IMG/VR virus record: IMGVR_UViG_3300044640_001869
Span: 62,001 to 126,000 of that record
DNA length: 64,000 bases
From: an uncultured virus (IMG/VR IMGVR_UViG_3300044640_001869)
Lineage: Duplodnaviria; Heunggongvirae; Uroviricota; Caudoviricetes
Reading direction: 5' to 3' (one strand)
Program-made: the position numbers and the translations under genes
In this document: piece by piece, positions 9,913 through 20,455 of the stretch
How the letters are laid out: each line of letters starts with the position of its first letter
How positions within the stretch are numbered: position 1 is the stretch's first letter
The notes under the pieces: model-generated
Databases searched by the model: none
The model's input: only the letters and a program-made list of their open reading frames with translations
What the model was told of the DNA's origin: nothing

Positions 9913-11772
9913 CTATTTCACTTCGTCAAATTCCACATCAGAAAAATCACTATCATTCACCTCATCAGTTACATTTGACTCATCATACAAGTTTTGAGAT
10001 ACTGATTGGAACTTAGTATTGACTGATTCAATTTTCGACTCCAAAACGTCTAATTCTCGTTTCTCAACAGATTCTTTTAAACTTGAAACCAATTCAGTTA
10101 ATTCTGTTTTATCAGTTTCTGAGATTTTATCTTCCAAATCTTTAATTGATTTTTCAGATTGGAACACAACACTGTCAGCTTTATTAATTAATTCAACCTC
10201 CTCACGTAATTTGTTATCGTTTTCAGCATTTGCTTCAGCTTCAGATTTCATTCTTTCAATTTCTTCTTTAGACAATCCTGAAGACGCTTCAATTTTAATT
10301 GATTGAACTTTGTTTGTTCCTTTATCCAACGCAGATACATTAATGATACCGTTAGCGTCAATATCAAAAGTTACTTCGATTTGCGGAACACCTCTTTGTG
10401 ATGGTGGAATATCAGTCAATTGGAATTTACCAATAGTTTTGTTGTCCTTAGCCATCGCTCTTTCCCCTTGTAATACGTGGATATCAACACTTGGTTGGTT
10501 ATCAACTGCCGTAGAGAATACTTGTGATTTTTTAGTTGGGATTGTTGTGTTAGATTCAATTAATTTAGTGAATACACCTCCCATAGTTTCGATACCTAAT
10601 GAAAGTGGGGTAACATCTAATAATAACACGTCTTTTACATCACCAGCTAATACACCACCTTGGATTGCCGCACCTAACGCAACTACCTCATCAGGGTTAA
10701 CACCTTTTGAAGGTTCTTTACCAAAGAATTTTTTAACGGCCTCCTGAATTGCTGGAATTCTTGTTGTTCCACCTACTAAAATAACTTCATCAATATCGGT
10801 TACTTTAATACCCGCACTTTTCAACGCACTTTCACACGGTTTAATAGTTCTGTCAACTAATGGTTGAACTAATTGTTCGAATTTAGATTTACTTAAAGAA
10901 GTTACTAAGTGTTTTGGAACACCATCAACCGGCATTAAGTAAGGTAAGTTAATTTCTGTTGATGAGGTTGATGATAACTCAATTTTCGCTTTCTCAGCAG
11001 CCTCTTTTAATCTTTGTAACGCCATTGGGTCTTTACTAACATCAATACCATTTTCATCTTTGAAGATTCCTACTAAGTAATCAATAATTGTTTGGTCGAA
11101 GTCATCACCACCTAAGTGAGTGTCCCCATCTGTTGACATTACTTCAAATACTCCGTCACCTAATTCAAGGATTGAAACATCATGCGTACCCCCACCGCAA
11201 TCAAATACAACAACAACAGCGTCTTTTGATTTCTTATCTAAACCGTAAGCCAATGCCGCAGCGGTTGGTTCGTTGATAATACGTCTAACAGTTAAACCTG
11301 CGATTTCACCAGCTTCTTTTGTTGCTTGTCTTTGTGCGTCATTAAAGTAAGCAGGAACAGTAATAACCGCTTCAGTTACAGTTGACCCCAAATAATCTTC
11401 CGCAGTTTTTTTCATCTTTTGTAAGATAGTTGCTGAAATTTCTTGTGGTGAAAATTCTTTATTATCAATTTTTACTCTTGGGGAATTGTTTTTCCCTTTA
11501 ATTACAGAATATGGAACTTTTGTAGTTTCATTCACACATTCATCAAATGATGAACCCATAAAACGTTTAACAGAATAAACCGTATTAGTTGGGTTAGTAA
11601 CTGATTGTCTTTTAGCAGGGTCACCAACTTTTCTTTCTTCATTAACAAATCCAACTACTGATGGTGTTGTTCTTTTTCCCTCACTGTTAGGGATTACAAC
11701 AGGTTCATTCCCTTCCATTACGGCAACACACGAATTCGTAGTTCCTAAGTCAATTCCAATAATTTTACTCAT
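9913..11772 (-). CDS. dnaK: Molecular chaperone DnaK (Hsp70)
   Basis: [57 protein letters not shown]. Confidence 0.98.
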   Translation of the reverse strand: MSKIIGIDLGTTNSCVAVMEGNEPVVIPNSEGKRTTPSVVGFVNEERKVGDPAKRQSVTNPTNTVYSVKRFMGSSFDECVNETTKVPYSVIKGKNNSPRVKIDNKEFSPQEISATILQKMKKTAEDYLGSTVTEAVITVPAYFNDAQRQATKEAGEIAGLTVRRIINEPTAAALAYGLDKKSKDAVVVVFDCGGGTHDVSILELGDGVFEVMSTDGDTHLGGDDFDQTIIDYLVGIFKDENGIDVSKDPMALQRLKEAAEKAKIELSSTSSTEINLPYLMPVDGVPKHLVTSLSKSKFEQLVQPLVDRTIKPCESALKSAGIKVTDIDEVILVGGTTRIPAIQEAVKKFFGKEPSKGVNPDEVVALGAAIQGGVLAGDVKDVLLLDVTPLSLGIETMGGVFTKLIESNTTIPTKKSQVFSTAVDNQPSVDIHVLQGERAMAKDNKTIGKFQLTDIPPSQRGVPQIEVTFDIDANGIINVSALDKGTNKVQSIKIEASSGLSKEEIERMKSEAEANAENDNKLREEVELINKADSVVFQSEKSIKDLEDKISETDKTELTELVSSLKESVEKRELDVLESKIESVNTKFQSVSQNLYDESNVTDEVNDSDFSDVEFDEVK

Positions 11773-11920
11773 ACTTTTTTTATTAATTTATTTATTATTG
11801 ATTGATAATATAACAAAACTATGCCAATAGGTCAAGTATGACAAATTGTCAGTTAAAAAAAATAATTTGTCAGGTTTTTTAATAAAAAAATACTTATATT
11901 TGACAAAATAATTGACAGAT

Positions 11921-12082
11921 ATGGCGAAAGAAGTAAAAATAGAACATAAGAAGTGGGAAAAAGTCCACGAGTTTGAAGATTATATCACTATTTGGAAATA
12001 TGATAGTAAAAGAAGTATGGTTAACCCATATGAAGTTGAGGTTAAATATAAAACGGTAAAAAAGGTGGTTAAGAAAGATTAA
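11921..12082 (+). CDS. Small hypothetical protein (53 aa, not in ORF track)
   Basis: MAKEVKIEHKKWEK...; TATATTTG promoter box at 11895-11902. Confidence 0.6.
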   Translation: MAKEVKIEHKKWEKVHEFEDYITIWKYDSKRSMVNPYEVEVKYKTVKKVVKKD

Positions 12083-12756
12083 TCTTTATCTTTAGTTGCG
12101 TATTTTACACCCATTATTGTCCCAACGATACTAAATGCGTTAGTTAATAGGATTCCGAACATATTACTCCAAGCTGGTCCGATTGTGTTAACTTCTTTAC
12201 CCATCACAATTGAGAATACATACATTGCGGTTGTAATAACTGCAACAAACATAATAACACCTAAGGCTACTTTAACAATATTACCCATTAATTCTGTTTG
12301 GGTTTTTTTCTGTAACAAATCTAAATCAGAAAGTGCGTTTGCTTTAGCGTGCTCCGCCTCTTCTCTTGCAGATTCAGTTCGTTTCATTTCTTCTTGGAGT
12401 TCTAATTGAATTCTCTCATTTTCATCTTTCCAAGATAATAGTTCGGTATTTTGAGATTCAATTTGTTTCTTAGATGTTTCGACATTTTCTAAGGTTATTT
12501 GTAATTCTTCTAATATTCGGGTATTCTCGGTATTTAAATTTTCAAGTTCGGTATTTTTGTTTTGAATTTGTTTAGTTATATCTAAACGTTTTTTTCTTGA
12601 TTCTTTATCTTTATCAATACAGGATTTAATGTATTGAGAAAACTCAGAATCTTCTTCAGAATCAACTACTTTCAATAAATTACCTTCAAGGCCAATATTC
12701 TTGGCCTTGTAAAGGTCTAATAATTGTTTTTTAGTATTTGCACTAAACTTTATCAT
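12079..12756 (-). CDS. Coiled-coil protein with two C-terminal TM helices
   Basis: Heptad-rich centre, two hydrophobic helices; ATGA overlap with receiver gene. Confidence 0.75.
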   Translation of the reverse strand: MIKFSANTKKQLLDLYKAKNIGLEGNLLKVVDSEEDSEFSQYIKSCIDKDKESRKKRLDITKQIQNKNTELENLNTENTRILEELQITLENVETSKKQIESQNTELLSWKDENERIQLELQEEMKRTESAREEAEHAKANALSDLDLLQKKTQTELMGNIVKVALGVIMFVAVITTAMYVFSIVMGKEVNTIGPAWSNMFGILLTNAFSIVGTIMGVKYATKDKD

Positions 12757-13190
12757 TTGTAAACTTTAAATGTTTGTGTTCTATTTTTAAAATTTGGGTA
12801 ATCTGTTCTGAACTCTTCTAATCTTGGTTCAATTTCATCTGATTTAACTAACCAAAACTGTGCTCCGGCTTGTACCGCTTTCGCTTGTTCTGATGGTTCA
12901 TTTGATGATGAAATAATTCCAATAACAACGTGGTTACCGTATTCAAAATTTATCTTTCTAACTAATTCAATCCCATCAAATGCTGAACCAATTAAATTTA
13001 AATCCACAAATACACATTCAGGTTTTTCTTTATGGTCACCTGAATCAAACCATTGTTTAAACATCCTTGCGGCTTCATCAGAACTGTTCACAGATTTTAG
13101 TGATAAACTAATATCTAATAATGAACATGCGTCCTCAAATACTAAGTGGAATAAATCCTCGTCATCAACTAATAAGATTGATTCTATCAT
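12753..13190 (-). CDS. Single-domain response regulator (receiver)
   Basis: LLVDDED, VFVDLNL, SSS, LVKS. Confidence 0.85.
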   Translation of the reverse strand: MIESILLVDDEDLFHLVFEDACSLLDISLSLKSVNSSDEAARMFKQWFDSGDHKEKPECVFVDLNLIGSAFDGIELVRKINFEYGNHVVIGIISSSNEPSEQAKAVQAGAQFWLVKSDEIEPRLEEFRTDYPNFKNRTQTFKVYK

Positions 13191-14157
13191 TACCTAACTT
13201 TTTTAAAAATTCTTTTATTTCGTTTAATTTATTAACGTTCTTTAAAACTTGAGTGTTTACTCTACTAATCAAATAATTTGTCGTTTCAATTCTTGAATCT
13301 GACATATCACTTTTACTTTCATCATCTATTGTTACCTGAACACGTAGATAATTGTCTAAGAACTCGTTACACTCATAATCAACAACTTTTGAGGTTGCTT
13401 GTGACATAACATCGGTGATTGGTTTAACCCAATCTTTTAACCCCCAGCTCTTAGTTTCTTTAACTCCTAAGTTTTCTGTATAAATACCTGTACCTAAAGA
13501 AAATAATGAGATATCCTCAACATTAATTTCACCAAACCCATAAGTATTTCTTACGACATCCGATATACCTACCAATGAGGGGTTATTTACAAACACACCA
13601 CCATCTATACAAGTTCTTAACTTACCACCATAATTCATTTCATATGAAGGTAAATAAGTTGGTGCCGCTGATGTTGCTCTACAAACATCTTTCAGTAAAC
13701 AATCATAACCTACTTCATTTGATTTACGACTTTTAAACATTACAACTTCATTATTTCTAATATCATATGATGTTACAATAATTGGTTTTAATGTGTTACT
13801 CAATTTTAATGTTTGAAAGTAATTTGACAACTCATTGTCTAATCCTTCAGGACAAAATTTAGGATTGAATACCGAATTGATTTTATTGAAGATATTATTT
13901 TTATATGGGAAAATCACATTACCTTTTGTGGTGTATAATTCAATCAATTTGTCAATTGACAATACCGGAGTTTTACCGTCTTTACTTGCGGTTAATCCAC
14001 AAGCGATTATACCACCTGTTGACGTTCCAACTATTAAATCAAATAACTCGTAAATTTTCTTTCCGGTTATTTTCTCAACTTCTTTTAATATCAATAGGGG
14101 GATTAGACCTCTAAGTCCTCCACCATCTATTGATAGTATTTTAAATTTTTTACTCAT
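13165..14157 (-). CDS. Patatin-like phospholipase
   Basis: ILSIDGGGLRG, GTSTG, ATSAAPTY, DGG. Confidence 0.92.
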   Translation of the reverse strand: MSKKFKILSIDGGGLRGLIPLLILKEVEKITGKKIYELFDLIVGTSTGGIIACGLTASKDGKTPVLSIDKLIELYTTKGNVIFPYKNNIFNKINSVFNPKFCPEGLDNELSNYFQTLKLSNTLKPIIVTSYDIRNNEVVMFKSRKSNEVGYDCLLKDVCRATSAAPTYLPSYEMNYGGKLRTCIDGGVFVNNPSLVGISDVVRNTYGFGEINVEDISLFSLGTGIYTENLGVKETKSWGLKDWVKPITDVMSQATSKVVDYECNEFLDNYLRVQVTIDDESKSDMSDSRIETTNYLISRVNTQVLKNVNKLNEIKEFLKKLGNDRINLIS

Positions 14158-15923
14158 TTTATTTTAATTGTTAATTTAGTTCCCACTTCATTTTTTTCAC
14201 ATTTAATAGTGAAACCGTGTTCGTGTAGGATTGCGATACAAATATTTAAACCTAAACCTGTACCTGATTCTTTTTGACCGTCTTTTCTATTATATGGTAA
14301 TGACAAGTGTTCAAATTCTTCTTGTGTCATACCTCTACCATTATCTTGTATTGCAATATTTTCTTCATTTTCCATAAAGATAGCAACCATTTTAGCGTCA
14401 GAATCGTTATACTTTAAACCATTACGGATTAGATTATCAATCGCGGTACAGAATAATGATTCGTTAATTTCTATTGTTGGTAACCAATCTATCGCCACTT
14501 GACTTGAATAAGCTGTTGAGGATAGGTAAGCGTTTAAGACATCTTTAAGATTATGAGTTTCCTTAGTTAAAACAACATCAGTCTTAACCAAATTGGTAAA
14601 TTCATAAACTCCCTTGTAAACTTTTTGAGTATGTTTCAAACCTTCCTTCAACATTTTAAGTGGGGCCTCCAATTTTAATGTTTCAATATCTTCAGGTTTT
14701 AATCTTCGTTCTAATGAACTAATACCTCTTGGGATGTATGTATTAATCCCTGAGTGCATATCGTGTCTTAGAATCTTCGCGGCGTGTTCTAGATACGTGT
14801 TCTTTTTATTAATTTCCGCAATGTTTTTATGGATTTCAGTTACGTCTTGTCTAATTGAGGTATAACCTTTTAGTTTACCATTATCAACATCAAATTCGGC
14901 TTTAATATATGTATCAACCCAATATAATTCACCATCTTTATTTTTATTGATAACCAAGTCATTCCAAATTTTACCTGACTTCACAGTTTTATACATATTA
15001 GACCAATATTTCTTATCGTGAATGTTAGAATTAACAATTCTATGGTCTTTACCCAAACATTCTTCCAATGACCATCCTGATACCTCTTCGAATTTTTTGT
15101 TCACATATGTAATTTTACCTCTTTTATCTGCTTTACTAACCAATACTGATGAATCAACAAAATGTTCGAACTCAGATAATTCATTTTTAAGTTCATTACC
15201 TTCTTCCACAGAATATGCGAATGAATACAATGATGATAACATTTCAGCGAAATTTACTTCCACTTTATGCCATTCTCTAACGGTATAACTTTCAATACAA
15301 ATAACACCAATAACTTCTCCCTTATAAATAATTGGAACGTCTAACATTGCTCTAATACCAAGGGGTCCTGAATACGTTTCTTTAAAACAACTTGTTGCAG
15401 GATGTAAGTCAACATCATTCGCAATAATGATTGGGTTAGTTTTTAACCCTTCGAAATACGGTTTAAAATCCTTCTCAAATATTTCAACACCTTGAAACCA
15501 TTCATCGTCTTTTTTCTCGTATAATTGTTCACAAACAATCCCGTTATTTTTTTTGTTATATAACCAAATAGAACATCTGTCGGCACATATACTATTAGTA
15601 ACTTCTTTAGTTAATAATTTAGCACCTTCATTAACATTTCCCTCATAGAATAAATGGTTGTGTGTCTGAGATATTAAAGTTTCATTTAAATTTCTAGCAT
15701 AAAAGTTTAATTTAACCGATTCTTTATTTTTTTTCACATAATCATAAATTATTTTGAAAAAAAGAGGGATAAATAAAACAAAACAGATAAATTCAGCCCA
15801 CATCACTGAATTACATAGGGGTAGAAAATTAAACACCACTAAAAGTTTTATTATCAAAAACATTGTCATCACAACTACTGAGGTGTAAAAACAGTATCGT
15901 GTGTTTTTTTCTAGTGATATCAT
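14154..15923 (-). CDS. Membrane GAF-PAS sensor histidine kinase
   Basis: 2 TM, GAF (GIRAMLDVPI), PAS (ITYVNKKFEEVSG), H-box RHDMHS, N-box NLIRNGLKY, DNGRG, GTGLGL. Confidence 0.92.
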   Translation of the reverse strand: MISLEKNTRYCFYTSVVVMTMFLIIKLLVVFNFLPLCNSVMWAEFICFVLFIPLFFKIIYDYVKKNKESVKLNFYARNLNETLISQTHNHLFYEGNVNEGAKLLTKEVTNSICADRCSIWLYNKKNNGIVCEQLYEKKDDEWFQGVEIFEKDFKPYFEGLKTNPIIIANDVDLHPATSCFKETYSGPLGIRAMLDVPIIYKGEVIGVICIESYTVREWHKVEVNFAEMLSSLYSFAYSVEEGNELKNELSEFEHFVDSSVLVSKADKRGKITYVNKKFEEVSGWSLEECLGKDHRIVNSNIHDKKYWSNMYKTVKSGKIWNDLVINKNKDGELYWVDTYIKAEFDVDNGKLKGYTSIRQDVTEIHKNIAEINKKNTYLEHAAKILRHDMHSGINTYIPRGISSLERRLKPEDIETLKLEAPLKMLKEGLKHTQKVYKGVYEFTNLVKTDVVLTKETHNLKDVLNAYLSSTAYSSQVAIDWLPTIEINESLFCTAIDNLIRNGLKYNDSDAKMVAIFMENEENIAIQDNGRGMTQEEFEHLSLPYNRKDGQKESGTGLGLNICIAILHEHGFTIKCEKNEVGTKLTIKIK

Positions 15924-16009
15924 AATTAACTATTTACTTTATAAATATTTTATAAAACAAAAAACCCCCATCAATTAAGATGAGGGTTAACAAAGATACT
16001 AATAACAAA

Positions 16010-16540
16010 TTACGCCATCACAACCTCAATAAATTGCACACTTGCAATTAATTTTACTTCATCGGATACTAATAAACCACCTTTATCGGTTGTTGCGTTG
16101 AATGTAAGTCCAAATTCTGAACGTTTAATTGTTCCTGTTAATTCAAACCCGTGTTTTTTGTTACCATATAAGTCAGTGTCATTACCATTGTATTCACCAA
16201 CCAATGTAACTTCTTTCTCAACACCGTGGATATTCAATAATCCTGTTACGTTGTATGTATTATTTTCCAATACAACATTTGTTGATTTAAAAGCTAATTT
16301 AGGGTAACTCTCAGCGTCGAAGAAATCAGGAGATTTAAGGTGGTTGTCTCTATCTACAACACTTGTTGTGATAGAATTTACGTCAGCTTCAAAACTAATT
16401 TGAGCATCTGTAAAATCTTCTTTTTCTGCAGTAATTTCTGCGGTAAACTCTGTGAAACGACCTGTAACGGTTGAAATCATTAAATGTTTCACTTTAAACT
16501 CAATCTCTGAATGGAGATTATCAATAACAAATTTAGACAT
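16010..16540 (-). CDS. yceI: YceI-family protein
   Basis: HSEIEFKVKHLMISTVTGRF, RDNHLKSPDFFDA, IKRSEFGL. Confidence 0.9.
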   Translation of the reverse strand: MSKFVIDNLHSEIEFKVKHLMISTVTGRFTEFTAEITAEKEDFTDAQISFEADVNSITTSVVDRDNHLKSPDFFDAESYPKLAFKSTNVVLENNTYNVTGLLNIHGVEKEVTLVGEYNGNDTDLYGNKKHGFELTGTIKRSEFGLTFNATTDKGGLLVSDEVKLIASVQFIEVVMA

Positions 16541-16612
16541 ATTTTAATATAGTTTTATAATCAAATATTAATCATTTCAAAAGTATTTATCAATAATAAA
16601 AACGATAAAGTT

Positions 16613-17431
16613 ATGTTAAAAATTGGTTCAACAGGGGAAGACGTTAAATTACTACAAACGAAGTTAGGTTTAAACCCCGACGGTATTTTTGGTCCAGGGA
16701 CTGAAAAAAAAGTTAAAGAATGGCAAAGAAGTAATGGATTAGTTGATGATGGTATTGTCGGACAATTATCTTGGGATAAATTAAAATTAGGAACTATGAT
16801 TAAGGAAGATGTTGTTAATCCTAAAAATACAACATTCAAACTTGATAAGTTAGTTGGTGTTGTTCCCGGAACAGTTATTAATCAAATTGATGAGGTTGCT
16901 AAAAAATTCAACATTACATCACCTTTAAGATTGGCTCACTTCTTATCACAATGTGCTCACGAAAGTGGTAGTTTTAGAGCAGTTGAGGAAAACTTAAATT
17001 ACTCATCTGACGGATTAAAGAAAGTGTTTGGTAAATATTTTCCTGGTAATCTATCTGAATCATACGCTAAAAAACCTGAAAAAATTGCTTCACGAGTTTA
17101 TGGTGATAGAATGGGGAATGGTTCTGAATTAACTATGGAAGGTTTTAAATTTCGTGGTAGAGGATATATCCAATTAACCGGTAAATCTAATTATGTAAAC
17201 TTCACTAAGTTTATTGGTGAAGATTGTGTGAGTAATCCTGATTTGGTATCAACTAAATACCCATTAGCATCTGCGGCTTATTTCTTTAACTCTAACGGTC
17301 TTTGGAGTATCTGTGATAAAGGAATTAGTGACGATGTTGTAAAACAACTAACCAAAAGAATAAATGGTGGAACTAATGGTTTAGCTGATAGACTAAAGAA
17401 ATTTAAAGAATACTATAATTTACTGAAATAA
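16613..17431 (+). CDS. Endolysin: PG-binding domain plus GH19
   Basis: DGIFGPGTE/DGIVG, AHFLSQCAHES, FRGRGYIQLTG, TKRINGGTNGL. Confidence 0.9.
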   Translation: MLKIGSTGEDVKLLQTKLGLNPDGIFGPGTEKKVKEWQRSNGLVDDGIVGQLSWDKLKLGTMIKEDVVNPKNTTFKLDKLVGVVPGTVINQIDEVAKKFNITSPLRLAHFLSQCAHESGSFRAVEENLNYSSDGLKKVFGKYFPGNLSESYAKKPEKIASRVYGDRMGNGSELTMEGFKFRGRGYIQLTGKSNYVNFTKFIGEDCVSNPDLVSTKYPLASAAYFFNSNGLWSICDKGISDDVVKQLTKRINGGTNGLADRLKKFKEYYNLLK

Positions 17432-17432
17432 T

Positions 17433-17458
17433 AAAACCCCCTTAATTGGGGGTTTTTT
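17433..17458. terminator. Bidirectional terminator (same stem-loop as 21201-21230)
   Basis: AAAACCCCC-TTAATT-GGGGGTTTT. Confidence 0.85.
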
Positions 17459-18170
17459 ATTTGAACACTATTTCATTAGTGATAGGATTCCATTCTACTT
17501 TCCAAGGTGTTTGAGAGTATAAGTATCTTTCATTCAACAATGAAGCATTGAAGTAGTGAGTGTGTCCGTCGAAGTAGTGACCGTGACCTGTGTGGATGTG
17601 ACCACATACGTGTATTTTTGGTTTGATAGATTTTATTCTTTCAGCCAACAATTCACAACCTAAGTGGTCTCCTCTTCTACCTTCAACATCATCTAATAAA
17701 CCCCAAGCTGGTCCGTGAGTGATTAAGATATCCACATCTTCAGGTATCATTTCCCATTTTGACATTAACCCAGGTCCATTTTTTGGTAAGTTAAATGCCC
17801 AATCGTAGAATTCAGGTTGCCAAGGACTTCCCCATATTTTCACTTCAGGTTTATCACCATCTTGGATAGTTATTAATTCGTCTTGTATGTAATTGATAGT
17901 TTTGTAACCTGTCAATATACCATTCACTTTCTCAGCGTTGTTTTGGAAACCCCAATCGTGGTTACCAGCTATGAATATTTTGTGAGCGTAATCTAATTTA
18001 TCAAACCAAGATGCGAATTCAGTTATTTCGTGTTCGTACCCCATAGATGAGATATCACCTGCGTGTAACAATATGTCACCACCTTTTAAATCACCTAATC
18101 CTGACTTTGGATTGTGAACGTGTTTGTGTTTGTTGTGTGTGTCGCTTATTAATGTTAAATCGTAAGTCAT
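17457..18170 (-). CDS. Calcineurin-like metallophosphoesterase
   Basis: ISDTH, HAGD, AGNHD, ITHGP, CGHIH. Confidence 0.9.
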   Translation of the reverse strand: MTYDLTLISDTHNKHKHVHNPKSGLGDLKGGDILLHAGDISSMGYEHEITEFASWFDKLDYAHKIFIAGNHDWGFQNNAEKVNGILTGYKTINYIQDELITIQDGDKPEVKIWGSPWQPEFYDWAFNLPKNGPGLMSKWEMIPEDVDILITHGPAWGLLDDVEGRRGDHLGCELLAERIKSIKPKIHVCGHIHTGHGHYFDGHTHYFNASLLNERYLYSQTPWKVEWNPITNEIVFK

Positions 18171-18194
18171 ATCTTTTGTTTTTTACAAATATAA

Positions 18195-18695
18195 TCAAAT
18201 TTCATCTATCGGTGATATCATTTGTTTATCTTCTAATAATAATTTATCATTTTCTGATAATGTTTCTTTACCGTATTTTAATATCTTATCTAAGACATCA
18301 TCTTTTGTTAGATTTTCTTGACGATATTTAAAAAAATCAAATTTCATTTCAAATTCAAAAAATCCAAACACTGAAGTATCAAATCTATCATATAAAACAT
18401 CTTCAGTAATGTCGTCAATTAGAGTATACCCACTCAAACCTTCGTGAAGTTTTTTATCAATTAATTTTATGAACTCAATTTGTGATTCTGTTAAATATAA
18501 AACATTGTAATTCAAATCACCTTCTCTCCAATGACAAACCTTACCGTTATATTTTAAATCAATAATGACTTCACTATCAACTAATTGATGAATTTTTTCT
18601 AATTCAACATCAGTTAAATTTTTTATTCCTGAATCACTTTCCTCATCATTGAATGATGATATCATTCTGTAAATTCTGTTATATTTCTCAGTCAT
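18195..18695 (-). CDS. Hypothetical protein, C-terminal DUF6576-like motif
   Basis: DDVLDKILKYGKETLSENDK. Confidence 0.6.
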   Translation of the reverse strand: MTEKYNRIYRMISSFNDEESDSGIKNLTDVELEKIHQLVDSEVIIDLKYNGKVCHWREGDLNYNVLYLTESQIEFIKLIDKKLHEGLSGYTLIDDITEDVLYDRFDTSVFGFFEFEMKFDFFKYRQENLTKDDVLDKILKYGKETLSENDKLLLEDKQMISPIDEI

Positions 18696-18879
18696 TGTTC
18701 TTAGTTAAATATATTATTAAATCATCTATACTCAATCCATCCTTTGGTTTACCAAGATTATATGTGGTGAAAGTTTTATTATCGTTTTCAACTTTCACCA
18801 TCAAATAACCCAATTCACTCAAGTATATTTTTGTTAGTTCACCCTCACCATTGGGTGTGTTTATCACTAATCCCACCAT
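18688..18879 (-). CDS. Small hypothetical protein
   Basis: ORF coupled to neighbours. Confidence 0.65.
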   Translation of the reverse strand: MVGLVINTPNGEGELTKIYLSELGYLMVKVENDNKTFTTYNLGKPKDGLSIDDLIIYLTKNND

Positions 18880-19481
18880 CCCTCAATTCTCCTTTCCATT
18901 ATTTTGAATACTAATTTACGACATCTATCTTGATTCTCGTGAGCAATCTCCATTGCAATTAGTTGTTTGTCTTTTTCTTCAATAGGTCTATTGAATCTAC
19001 TAACTTCACCTGACATTACACGTTTGTATTGACGTGGGTATTTTTTGAAGTAGTCGTCAAAATTCTCAGAAATCAAATCAACCTCTAATCTTTTGGAATC
19101 TTTATATTTTTCAGGGATATCATCTTCATCAGTAATGTCTAACCAATTAAAGTTAGATTCGTGATAGTCCATATATTCCATATCGTAGTGGTCATCTTGA
19201 CAACGTTGGATTAAACGAGAAGTTAATCTCATTAATTCAGCATCTCGTTTAGCTCTTGTGTGTCTATTGTGACCACCAATATAATCCGCTTGGTTGTTTA
19301 ATTTAACTTTGATAAGTTCATATATGAAAGAGTGGTCCCAATCACGGTCTCTCCATATCACAGGAAACCATTTCCAAAGGTTTTTAACTCCTTCAATGAA
19401 ATTTTTGTGCCAGTATCTACCATCAAATTTCCACCACAATCTTATTTTTTCAAATACTGTTATTTTATCGTCTCTTTCCAT
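18867..19481 (-). CDS. Conserved phage hypothetical protein
   Basis: WKWFPVIWRDRDWD ... GWWD. Confidence 0.75.
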   Translation of the reverse strand: MERDDKITVFEKIRLWWKFDGRYWHKNFIEGVKNLWKWFPVIWRDRDWDHSFIYELIKVKLNNQADYIGGHNRHTRAKRDAELMRLTSRLIQRCQDDHYDMEYMDYHESNFNWLDITDEDDIPEKYKDSKRLEVDLISENFDDYFKKYPRQYKRVMSGEVSRFNRPIEEKDKQLIAMEIAHENQDRCRKLVFKIMERRIEGWWD

Positions 19482-19651
19482 TCCTCAAAAGTTTTTTTAG
19501 TTTCATCATATCTCTCATAAAACGTATCCTTATTCACCCAATAGTATTTAACAAGACTAACCTTAAAAAACACCTCACCCTCAAGTTCAACGTATTTCTC
19601 AACCTCACCCGTTACTGGGTTTACAATCAAATATTCGTTTATAATCTTCAT
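19460..19651 (-). CDS. Small hypothetical protein
   Basis: Start moved to MKIINEY; TATATTTG box 19656-19663. Confidence 0.6.
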   Translation of the reverse strand: MKIINEYLIVNPVTGEVEKYVELEGEVFFKVSLVKYYWVNKDTFYERYDETKKTFEEWKETIK

Positions 19652-19781
19652 AGGACAAATATACAGAGTTTTTTCCAATAAAAAAAGGGAATCCGAAAAT
19701 TCCCTTTTGAAGATATATAGTGGCTCTCGTGATGAGAGAGATAGTAATAATAAATACTCACTAAATCTCAAAAAATCAACT

Positions 19782-20012
19782 TCAATAACTCATTGAGCTA
19801 ACTTTTTTTCTTGTTTTACTTAAAATAACCTTTTCAATCTTAGTATAAGATACCTCAATTTTAGAAAAATCAACAGAAATGTCAGTTTTTTTCCACTTCT
19901 CAACCAATCTGTTAAATAAATTACGAGATACCTTAATTTGGTCTAATGTCTTACAAGAAGATAATACATCTACCACCCAATCATACTCACTTTTAAAGAA
20001 AACCTTATCCAT
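19782..20012 (-). CDS. Small hypothetical protein
   Basis: 76-aa ORF, WVVDVLSSCKT. Confidence 0.65.
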   Translation of the reverse strand: MDKVFFKSEYDWVVDVLSSCKTLDQIKVSRNLFNRLVEKWKKTDISVDFSKIEVSYTKIEKVILSKTRKKVSSMSY

Positions 20013-20036
20013 TTTGTTTATTTTAAATTGTTAACA

Positions 20037-20414
20037 CTATTTTAAGTTATATTTCACCAATATATTATCAATGTAGTCTTTTATTGTCTTTAATACAACC
20101 ACCTTTGTCGCATCAGGGTCAATTCTATCAATATCATCCTCAACCATGTTAAAAATACGTTTTTTTATGTATTTTTTCTGATTAGTTAATATATAACTTT
20201 TATCGTCAATCACAATTTTTACTAAATCCCCTAAAAATGGTAATTCTTCGATACGTTTTTGCTTTTCTTCATCATTTAACCCCATTTCATCGACAGGTCT
20301 AAAGAATTGGAAGTTTCTTTTCAAATATGACATCACTTTGTTACTTGATTTAACATCTGAATACATATCTTTTATGTTTTTCTTTTCTTCCTCGGTTAAT
20401 ATTAATCTTCCCAT
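20037..20414 (-). CDS. Hypothetical protein with MGRLILTEEE leader
   Basis: Leader; TATTTAT 20439-20445. Confidence 0.75.
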   Translation of the reverse strand: MGRLILTEEEKKNIKDMYSDVKSSNKVMSYLKRNFQFFRPVDEMGLNDEEKQKRIEELPFLGDLVKIVIDDKSYILTNQKKYIKKRIFNMVEDDIDRIDPDATKVVVLKTIKDYIDNILVKYNLK

Positions 20415-20455
20415 AATTCTATTTATTATATATCAAATATAAATATAATTCTATT

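Noticed and set aside
10019..11276. Plus-strand ORFs inside dnaK and similar antisense ORFs (e.g. 4928, 5279, 5913, 15022, 16561, 36135, 48896, 49770)
   Set aside because: Shadows of well-supported genes with Ser/Leu/Phe-rich antisense composition.
11811..11828. Firm sigma54 promoter call for dnaK
   Set aside because: GG-to-GC spacing is one base short and -12 is GT; kept only as a remark.
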